Shown in pieces: positions 1 to 10,660 of a DNA stretch of 64,000 nt. The DNA is from Octopus vulgaris (Eukaryota). The stretch lies in NCBI GenBank assembly GCA_951406725.2, contig OX597823.1:34286001-34350000 (forward strand). Reading direction: 5' to 3'. The notes beneath the pieces were generated by a model, which saw only the letters and a program-made list of their open reading frames with translations, was not told where the DNA came from and did no database searches. The position numbers and the translations under genes are program-made. Each line of letters starts with the position of its first letter. Positions within the stretch are counted from its first letter, which is position 1.

Positions 1-227
1 TAAAAAAACAAGAAAAATAATCCAGAATTGTTGTCCGGTACCAGATTGATCCCAAAGGCCAGTCATGCCAGTCATGAGGTCAAACATCCCTAAAAGTTTC
101 ATCCAAATCAATCTAGTGGTTCTTGAGATATCTTGTCCATGGACAAACACAACTACAAACAATACCTCTGCCTTCGCTAAGGTAGAGATAATAATAATAA
201 TAATAATAATAATGATTATTATTAGTT

Positions 228-1641
228 CTACTCTAGGTAGAAGGCCTTGAAAATTTTGTGGGGAATGGACTAGCTGATTATATCAATCCCAGTGTGTAAC
301 TGATTCTTATTTCATCAATCCCGAAAGGATGAAAGGCAAAGTTGACCTCAGTGGAATTTGAACTCAAAATGTAGCAGCAGACGAAATACTGCTAAGCATT
401 TCGCCCAGCTTGCTAATGATTCTGCCAGCTCATTGCCTTAATAACAACAACAACAATAATAATAAAAAAATATAGAATGTAATAATTTTGATAGCTTTGA
501 GTTTTCAAAGACTCATGACAGTTATGAATTATAGTGATTGATTTGGTTTGCAGAGAAGAACTTTTCAAAACCTTATTCTGCTTAAATAGTCAGTGGAATT
601 TCACATTTTAACAATATACCAGATCTTACCAGAAAAACAAAAAAAGTAAAAATTTAGATACAGGTATGGCTGTGTGGTTAAGAAACTTGCTTTGCAATGA
701 TGAGGTTTCAAGTTCAGTCCCTTTATGTGGCACTTTGGACAAGTGTGTTCTACTTTGGTCCTGGGTTGACCAATGCCTTGTGAGTGAATTTGGTAGGCAG
801 AAACTGAGTGGACATCCATTGTGTGTGTGTGTGTGCTTTTGTCTCACACACACTCTGCTTGACTTAGCAGTTTGGCAAAAGACAGTAACAGAATAAGCAG
901 CAGGTTTGTTCCAGGTTTCCATGGTGTGAGGCTGAGATCCCAATCTTCTTCCCCCTGAATGAGACACCTGTCTGTCACAGAGCGACCCATTTACAGCTGA
1001 GTGAACTGGAGCAAATATTAAATGGTGTTTGGTTCAAAGACACAATGCACCACCCTACCCAGGAATTGAAATCATGATCTCGTGATCATGAGTACAATAC
1101 CCTTAACCAGTGGGCCATGAGCTTTCACTGTGAAGAGCAAAGACATAAACAATATTTTACAGCAGAAGTTACATAAATCAACTAAATAATAATAATCCTT
1201 TCTATTATGGGGACAAGGCCTGGATTTTGTGGCGAGAGGGTCAGTCAATCACATTGATCCCAGTACTCAACTGGTACTTGATTTATCAACCCTAAAAGGA
1301 TGAAAGGCAAACTCAGTGGAATTTGAACACAGAACATGGTGACAGACGAAATACCGCTAAGCATTTCACCCGGCGTGCTAATGATTCTGCCGGTTTGCTG
1401 CCTTAATAACAATAATGATTATTTCAAATTTTTGCCACTAAGGCAGCTTGGGGTGGGGGTGGGGAGATAAATCAATTACACTGACCCCAGTGTTCAACTG
1501 GTACTTAATTTATCAACCCTGAAAGGATGAAAGGAAACGTTGACCTCGGTGGAATTTGAACTCAGAATGTAGCGATGGGCGAAATACTGCTAAGCATTTC
1601 GTCCTGCATGCTAATGGTTCTGCCAGCTTGACACCTTCACC

Positions 1642-1685
<44 letters not shown>

Positions 1686-1900
1686 CCTTTCTACTGAAGG
1701 CACAAGGCCTCGAATTTGGTGGGAGGGGTCTAGTTGATTACATTGACCCCAGTGTTTCACTGGTACTTAATTTATCGCCCCCGAAAAGCTGAAAGGCAAA
1801 GTCGACCTCGGTGGAATCTGAACACAGAATGTAGCAACGGGTGAAATACTGCTAAGCATTTAGCCCGGGGTGCTAACGATTCTGCCAGCTCACTGCCTTA
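228..1900 (-). mobile_element. Cluster of four same-orientation tRNA-derived SINEs (Nin/Deu-like central domain)
   Basis: Copies at about 228-438, 1195-1405, 1420-1640 and 1685-1900. They share GTCGACTTTGCCTTTCATCCTTTCGGGGTCGATAAATTAAGTACCAG (minus). Others at about 18625-18840, 20320-20535, 34100-34486 and 46580-46795. Confidence 0.8.
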
Positions 1901-2531
1901 ATAACAACAATAATAACAAAGTCAGTATTTATGAAATAACAAAGAAAACAACCATTTCTAAAATGATATAACATTTTTTATACAGAAAAATGTGGCAACA
2001 ATTACATTTACAAGAATTTACAGATTTTTCATTTCATTTTTATTTATTTTTTTTGTGTATTTTCTTTTTTAAATATTTCTTCTTTATTCTGTTTGATGGT
2101 TATCTTTTGTTTTGTTTTCTTCAGTGGGTACAGTGGGAGGGGGGAAAGGGGGAGGGGGGTACAAGAGGGGATCCTAAAATCCTTGCACAGCTTCCTTCGA
2201 ATGTAACCACCAACTTATAGATTTCAGCAACTACATGCTATGTTATGAATCAGAACGGCAGATAAACAAAACAAAACTGCAGAAGTGGCGAGCAGAGAAA
2301 GAGAGAGAGAGTGTGTGTGTGCACGGGGGGTGGGAAGGAGCAATGGATTTAATGGAGGGTGGGGGATATCTGAAAGAATGCTACAAGGAAAGAAAATATA
2401 CAGATAAGGTTTTAGTGTAAGGGGAAAGGATACATGGCAATTACTGCCAAGTACAGCCCTGAGCTTGTCTAATGGGAGTAAATGAAATAAAATAAAGCTG
2501 AGAGGAAAAAGTGTATTTAAAGAAATGCACA

Positions 2532-2574
<43 letters not shown>

Positions 2575-2577
<3 letters not shown>

Positions 2578-2744
2578 GGAGTAAACACATAAATGTGAAA
2601 CAAGGTGGAAAAAAGAGTACTCAAATACCAGTGGTAGAGTAATATGTTTTATTTAAAGCAGCAGAAAATTCTACATGTCCGATGAACGGCAACATGAAAC
2701 TCAGAGTAACAGGTTTTGTAGAATTTTCTGCTGCTTTAAATAAA

Positions 2745-2746
<2 letters not shown>
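2575..2746 (+). mobile_element. Small asymmetric hairpin element with hammerhead-like core, inserted in (TA)n
   Basis: Inverted arms about 2648-2675 and 2717-2744; CCGATGA-ACG..CAT-GAAAC-TCAGA-GTA at 2679-2708. A partial second copy lies at about 63225-63288 (minus). Confidence 0.7.
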
Positions 2747-2787
<41 letters not shown>

Positions 2788-3282
2788 CATACACACATTC
2801 ACATATATATACATATATATAATATATATGCAGAATATTAATTTATATAATATATATATATGTATGTGTAGATGCAGACACATACATACATGGATTCATG
2901 CACACACACACAATATGGGATATTATGGATGAATAGACAACTGAAATATGTCTCTATAGTAATAAAGCTGAAGGCTTAAGTGAAGATGGGTGGGGGATGT
3001 GGGGGATGGGAGGGAAGGACTCACAATAAGGACACTTGTTGATCATTAAATGTCCAAAGTGATCTCAACAACAAATGCAAGGGGCGAAGGACAGAATGCA
3101 ATAGGTCGGCATCTTTTAAGTTAGACGTGCATTTCAAACAATTCAAAAAAAAAAAAAAATCTTTCGTCTGTCTTTTTTTTTGTAAATTTTCCATTTTTTT
3201 AATATTTCATAACAATTGTTTCAACTCTGCACTGCATTGAATATAAAGAGAGATAGGATAGAGGCTCTCTTAAATACCACAA

Positions 3283-3972
3283 ATACACACACACACATAT
3301 ATATATATATGTGTGTGTATGTATATAGACATATATATATATACATAATATACATATATAGACATATATATATATATATATACATATATAGACATACATA
3401 TATATATATATATGTATATACATATATCTGAATATATATAGACATACATACATATATCTATATACATACATATGCACACATACACACACACACACACATG
3501 TATATATATATATATTTCACATATATATGATATATATATATATACACATGATATATATATATATATATAAACATATATATGATATATATATATACACATG
3601 ATATATATATATATATAAACATATATATGATATATATATATATACAAACATATATATGATATATATATATATATACACGATATATATATATATATATATA
3701 CACATATATATGATATATATATATACACATATATATGATATATATATATACATATATATATATATGATATATACATATATAGATATGATATATAGATATA
3801 TATGATATATACATATATAGATATATGATATATACATATGTAATATATATATATAGATAGACAGATAGATAGATATGCATGTGTCTATATATGTATATAC
3901 ACACATACATATATATATGAGTGTGTGGACTCTTTTACTTGACTACACACACACGTGTGTGTGTGTGTGTAT
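3283..3972. repeat. Compound (TA)n/(CA)n microsatellite
   Basis: About 690 bp of TA repeats interrupted by CA and GA; source of many spurious YI-rich ORFs. Confidence 0.97.
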
Positions 3973-4816
3973 ACATTCAACTTATTTAACATTTGAAAAA
4001 AAAAAAAGAAATTCAACAGTTTGAAAACAGAAATATCAAGACACATTTAGAAACAAAAAGAAACAACAAAGAACAAAAAGAAAAAAATCCACAGTGAGTA
4101 AAAACATTAAGCAGAAAGGAGAAATAGTAAAATGCCTAATCGAGAGGCTTAATGAAGGATTTCTAAGGAATGACTCTTAAAAGCTACAAGATATTAGTTT
4201 CGGGGAATATAAGACAAAAGAACATAAATTGTGAAAATTTGATATGTTGATTGTACAATTGTCTAGTGGCTAAAACAAAGAAAAAAGAATATCTTACTGA
4301 TAATGATCCAATTTGAAATGAAAAACTGACAGCAGTTAGGCTTGCTATAACATTTAATTAAATGACTGTTCATTAGTAAGAAAGCTATGTGATTAAGAAC
4401 AAGAAACCTAATTTGTGGATATTTTTAAAAAATTATTTTTCCTTCCTTTTTTTTTTTCTCATTTTTGTGATTTTTTTTTTTTCAAATTACACCAACACAA
4501 AAAGCTACATGTGTGTGTGTGTGTTTTGTGTGTCAGAGACAGAGAGAGAGAGAAAGAAATCGAGAACAAACTATTCAGAAACAGAAGAGAATGCTTTAAA
4601 AACAGGTATATTTTATGAATAGAGACATTTTGCTCAAAAGTGGAAGAGGCAGACAAAAGAGACGGAAGAGGAGTAGATGAGGATGGGGGGGAAACAGGTC
4701 GATTGTATCTGACAACAAACATTTAAACTACTTGAGTATACTCCTTTTGAACTTGAGGGCATCAAATATAGCAACATGGATGATATGTAAGGACTGGAAT
4801 ACTTTTCTGTCTCTTG

Positions 4817-4891
<75 letters not shown>

Positions 4892-4918
4892 CGTGCATAT
4901 ATATATGTTTGTATAAAT

Positions 4919-5105
4919 ATATGTGACAATTAGTTGGTTGTCATAATAAAATTCAGAGTTTCGGATGCTGGGGCTGAAGTCTGCTCAAGCATCTCTGAGT
5001 TTTATTATGACAACCAACTAGTTGTCACATATTATATTTATAGATAAATCCCTCTATTTTACATAATATCGAGGTCTCATTCATTCTTTTGTTGTCATAT
5101 TATTA

Positions 5106-5108
<3 letters not shown>
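4919..5108. mobile_element. Small asymmetric hairpin element in TA-rich microsatellite context
   Basis: 40-bp inverted arms 4919-4958 and 4993-5032 with 2 mismatches; extra tail on the right side. Confidence 0.7.
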
Positions 5109-5146
<38 letters not shown>

Positions 5147-5831
5147 AGAGAGAGAGAGAGATAGATAGATAGAGAGCACAGACAATCATAAGATGATACC
5201 TATTTAAGTGGACCATTATTTAAATCAACAGATGAAATTGCAGAATTTTTTTTCTGTAAACAAAGCAAGGGAAATCATTCATAAATATAGGAAGGAATGA
5301 TAAGATTCATTACAGCTATTAAACATGTAGAATACATTGTAATATTTTGAGGAAGACAAGCTTCTGTGGGTCTATTGGTTATGGAACTAAACTATTATTA
5401 TGAGAAAGGTGTGTGTGTGTATTTTATAATGCCTTGCCTTCACCCCTCAACTCATTGACAGTGTTGTAGGGACACCATCATGAAATAGGATTTTTTAGGG
5501 CATTTTTAGACCAAGTGGAGCCCATCCTTTTCCAGGTCTGACCAAAGCTGATTTCTTCTAGAAAGAACAGAATCAACTCCAATAAAGACTTCAACTTATT
5601 TACTGATTCCAAAAAGATGAAAGACAAAGTCGACCTCAGTGTAATTTGAACTCTATATATAGATGTGGCTGTGTAGTAAAAAGCTTGCTTCTCAACCACA
5701 TGGTTTGGGGTTCAGTCCCACTGCATAGTACCTTGGGGAAGTGTCTTCTACTATAGCCTTGGGCCAACTAAAGCCTTGTGAGTGGATTTCAAAAGTGGAC
5801 ACTGAAAGAAGCCCATCGTGTATATATATAG

Positions 5832-5867
<36 letters not shown>

Positions 5868-6053
5868 TTGTCCACCCACTGTCACTTGACAACTGGTGCT
5901 GGTGTGCTTATGCCCTCTGTAACTTAGCAGTTCGGCAAAAGAGACCAATAGAATAAGTACTAGGTTTACAAAGAATAAGTCAGTTTATCTGACTAAAGGC
6001 AGTGCTCCAGCATGGCCACTGTCAAAAATGAAACAAGTAAAAGAATAAAAGAA

Positions 6054-6096
<43 letters not shown>

Positions 6097-6782
6097 TGTG
6101 TATATATATATATATATATATATGCATGTATATATTTGTGTGTGTGTGTGTTTGTCCTCCATCACTGCTTGACAACCAGTGTTGGTATGTCCCTGTAACT
6201 TAGCGGTTGGATCAAGAGACCAATAGAATAAATACTAAACTTAAAAATAAATCCTGGGGTCGATTTGTTGGACTAAAATCCTTCAAGGTGGTGCTCTAGC
6301 ATTTCCACAGTCAAGAAAAGGAGTAAAAGAACGTATTTAAGCTTCATGCAACTCAGGGGAAATGGTTCAAAAATCTATCTACAAGCAGATCAATAGACCT
6401 GTCAGCTGAGCCAAAGAGCAAAATACATTGGTGAGGCTTGGCAATGTGGCACTCTAGTTGCTTGCACCATCAAACTTGCTGCAATTCAACATGTCATTCT
6501 GTCTAAGATACCTCATTAACCAAATAATCATAGGTTAATGAGACATCAGAGATGACTTCCTTTTGATGTTTGGGTCTGTGAGAAAATGCTTTCTACTTTA
6601 CAAGCAATAATTTGAAACAACTTGCAAAAATGAGAACTATCTGTGCTTGTTTGTTTGTGTGTGTGTTTGTGTGTATGATCTTCCCAGATGTAAACTGTGT
6701 GTATTCCACATATATACAGGATATGCCCAGCTTAGATCTAGGAAAATCAGATTTCTAACTACTCAATACATACTTGTACAGA

Positions 6783-6918
6783 GTGTGTATTTTATTATAA
6801 GCAAGAGACCCTGAGAAGGGCTCATCTGTTTCAGAAATCCAATGGGTCGCTCTATCAACATGTGGAGCTGTGAAACGGATAAGCACTCTGTAGGGCCTCA
6901 CGCTAATAATACACACAC
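6783..6918. repeat. Degenerate inverted repeat (old hairpin element or MITE)
   Basis: GTGTGTATT...GACCCTGAGAAGGGCTCATCTGTTTCA pairs imperfectly with TGAAACGGATAAGCACTCTGTAGGGCCTC...AATACACAC. Confidence 0.55.
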
Positions 6919-7327
6919 ATACACATTATATATGTAGCATAATTGTGTCAGTGATTAAGTTGCAAAAGCCTGATGAAACCTTTTTACACTGCATAGTGAA
7001 CAGCACTATTAAGAAATAAATGGGAAGTGAATATTACTGGCTAAAATGACTTCAATAAAATGTAATTTTATATATGTATCACACACACACAAAGGGCAAC
7101 AGGAATTTGCTATGAAACAGTCAAACAGGTTAAGGGACCATAACTGAATAAAGATTTGATGAGGGGTGGTGGAAATGTTTGAAGTGAGGCAACAAATGAA
7201 ACAAATCTGTCATTGGTCAACAATTACAACAAAGGAAATAGTGATTAGAGTAGAAACTAAAATTAGATTTCATTGATTAGAATATTGTCTATCAATCACT
7301 TTATATATATATCATCATCATCATCAT

Positions 7328-7364
<37 letters not shown>

Positions 7365-7399
7365 ATATATATACATACATACATACACACACACACACC

Positions 7400-10300
7400 A
7401 TTTAAAGAAATACTATTTAGCAGAATTCTGAAAAAAAACCGTCTCTGTTTATTAGGGCTCTTATAAAGACGGGTGATGGTAACTATAGAAGCTAGCCTAG
7501 TGTTGATTCATTCTCATCACAACCAATACTAATTAAAAGTAGAGAGTTTTATATAAAATATAGAAAATAAATTGTCAATTAATTATTGTTCATGTAAATT
7601 AAACAAATGAGAAATACCTAATTTTGGTATATAACTGAATGAGTTGTAGGCTTCAATCTGAGATATATAGTTTAGATATGGTCATTTTGGGGATTAATTA
7701 ACTTTTTGCCCATCCAAAGCATTTTCATAACTTTGTCTTAAATGTCCATGCTTGTTTTCTGACTTTTAGTTAGACCATGTTTCATATGTTCCAAGTAATG
7801 TAAAGCTTCTCTTTCCTAAGTCTCAATTTATTCTGGTGGTTGACAAAAATTGGGAATGTGTATCATAATATGAATGCATGGACGTGAGGAAAGTATGTCC
7901 TGTGAATCACACAGGATACACGGGACAGGCAAAAGATTAAATAAGCAACAGTAGATGACTGGTACTTATTTTATCAGCTCTGGAAAAAATGAAAAGCAAA
8001 GTGGATCCTGGTTGTATTTTGAACTGATATAAGAGGCATTACTGAAGTAAATAGCTTAAATTGACCGGGACCAGAAAGTGAAAATTAAATCTATTGAAAG
8101 TTAGAAAGGATGACTCATGGAAGGGACAGTTTCTTTGATATTAGAATAATTGGTATAAATTAATTAAAACTGATCTGTAGAACTGTTGCTAATGATTTAC
8201 AATATGAACACATATATATTATTAGCTCTAGTGAGGATGTAATAGATGTCAGTCAATAGTTTCTCCTTTTTCTGTAGAATCTACAGTGAATAAATTATTA
8301 TATTAAGTATTAAAAAAAACCCTTAAATTTGAAGAATATCAATGTTTTTTTTTTTATGTGTAAAACACACATTTCGTTTAAAATATCACTTGTAAGATAG
8401 TTCTAGTTTTGAAAGGAAAGACATATCGATAGATCGAGGAGGAGAGAAAGGCACAGAAAGATAAAGTAAACAATAAATGGAATCTCGTACCAGATGCAAA
8501 CCAAATCTACAAATTCTGACACCGCCACGAAACACCCAAAAACTTGCCAAAAAAACATTAGCGAAGTTATCTCCCCTAGATCGAGGTGATTTCAATTAGC
8601 AACAAACTTTAACATAGTGGCCCCTTTTTAGCAATATAATTTAAAATAAAGGGCAGACCCTGAAGATGTAGCCATGATGGTAGTGGTGGTGGTAGGGGGT
8701 TTATATTGAAGAATAATGACGGCAAACAAAGGGAACACTTCAACAAGGAAACAAAACTCGATACATCTTGATGTCAACACATTATTTAACAATGGGTTGG
8801 GGGGGGAAGAAAAAATTACTTATAATTTCACAAAACTGTTACTGTAGCAGGGGAAGAACCAACAAATAGATGAGAATTACATCAACTTCAAATAAAGAAT
8901 ATCACATGTCCTGCTATATGATAATAGTTGATCACTGCGGTAGCTACTGTCGTGCATATATCAACCAAGGTCACACATATTTTATTGTGGAATCTTAAAC
9001 AGATTATTTAAAAATTTGGTAAAGTTTCTTTTTTTTTTTTTTTTGGTTTTTTTTTTTTTCACAAGACGATGATAAAATTATTCTACATACTGGGTATTAC
9101 TGCTGCCAATGGTTTTTCTTGCAAATATTACAAAGAACAGCCCACAAAAGGCAAATAGAAGTTGAGGAAATAATTAGAAAAGAAAAAAAAAAAAAACAGG
9201 ATTTAAAAAAAAAAAGAGGGGAGTTACTTGAAATGTTTTCAACCATTAATAGTTAAAAATGACATGTTTTTTTTTAAATAAACGTGCTGAATATATTACA
9301 TACGAAAAATTATTATAGTTATTATTAAAAGAAAACTTTGAGAGCTAATTCATAAATAGAGTAAATAAATATTCATATAAAAATCTGGTGGCAGGGGTGG
9401 GGGTCTGATAGACGACTTAACATAGATTACAGCTGATTATTGAAAACTTTTATATAAAACTCTCAGCCCAGCAAAAACTGAGAATAAACTTCACTAGGGA
9501 ACAACTGTCGTCTGAAGTCATTTTGTGAGACTAATAGTTCAGTAGAGACATTGACATAGACTTACTCATAACACTGTTAGCTCAAGAATAACTTCTATAT
9601 TAAGACTGACAGGTCTGGATAGACTTTCATATTAGACTAGACACATCCAGTTAGACTGATTCTTCTGTAAATAGACTTCTATACAAGACTGACAGTTCTG
9701 CGTAGTATTCCATATTAGACTGAGAGTTCTGGATAGATACATAGACTGACAGTTCTGGACAGGCTTCCATACAAGACTGACAGTTCTAATTGGACTACCA
9801 TGTTAAACTGACAATTGTGAATAGACTTCCATGCTAGACTGCCAGTTTTGGATAGGCTTCCAAGACAGGCTGACCATTCAGTAATAGACTTCCATGTAAC
9901 ACTGACAGTTCTACATGGATTTCCATGTAAGACTGACGATTCTAGATAGACCTCCATATAAGACTGTTAGCTGAGCATAGACTTTAGCATAATCCTCCTT
10001 GTAAGACCAACAGTTTGGCAGGTTAGACTAGTAGGTGCTTTGTTATTTTCCATCTTTACCTAGTTTGTAAGTAGTCACAATGGGCTCAGTCTGAGGTTTT
10101 CTTCTCAGCAGTGAGCTCAGAAGTAGTTTTCAGCTTTTCACAGGGAACAAAGAAGAGGAAAAGAACGCTTCATAACATCATTTACCTCTTTCAGATGCTT
10201 TGTTTGTTTCTGTTATATAACTAGTATTGTTGTTGTTGTGACTGTGGTCTTTGGTAATGTTGTTGTTCTGTACAATAACAACAACAACATCTAGATGTAA

Positions 10301-10558
10301 AAAGAGCTGGGGGGCAGCAGCAGTAGCTAGTAGAAGATGTGCTGAAGAAAGAAACAAACCAACCAAACCAGCTTCATTGCTAACAAGAGGTTTCAGGGGG
10401 GGAAAAAACTGAAAGCCCCGTTGATGCAAAATCTGTATTGCTTCGGAGTGATCTTGCATTCACCCAAACACTGGTTAGTCCGATAATGGAACAGGTCATA
10501 GAACATGTCTTCTAGAAAGATTTAAAGTCATTTAACAACTGCAGCTGCTGCACTGTTC
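7400..10558 (-). other. Probable long 3' UTR of USP12/46 (distal end uncertain)
   Basis: Directly follows the stop codon, is U-rich on the minus strand and is largely free of the SINEs that fill the introns. Minus-strand AATAAA candidates lie near 8981-8986 and 7448-7453. Confidence 0.5.
9520..10030. repeat. Diverged 31-bp minisatellite, about 15 copies
   Basis: Unit approximately AGACTGACAGTTCTGGATAGACTTCCATATA; unit starts at 9743, 9774, 9805, 9836, 9867, 9899, 9930 and 9961. Confidence 0.9.
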
Positions 10559-10660
10559 TCATTCCCATGATTGGTAAAACAAAATGTAACCAGATTCGGA
10601 ATTCTTTTGGAGATCTGAGGGAAGACCATAAAAATCTTCTATTGCACTTGCATCGATTTT
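10559..10660 (-). CDS. USP46: USP12/46 last coding exon: [33 protein letters not shown]
   Basis: Acceptor tttacag, 33 codons plus TGA at 10561-10559; translated manually. Confidence 0.96.
   Translation of the reverse strand, partial: KIDASAIEDFYGLPSDLQKNSESGYILFYQSWE

Noticed and set aside
3199-3910. Many overlapping 70-170 aa Y/I/C/V-rich ORFs
   Set aside because: Translations of a TA/CA microsatellite.
9520-10030. CRISPR-like array, and ORF 9715..9957
   Set aside because: Contiguous diverged tandem units with no unique spacers and no cas genes, in a eukaryotic context. The 31-bp period is not a multiple of 3, so it is not a protein repeat.
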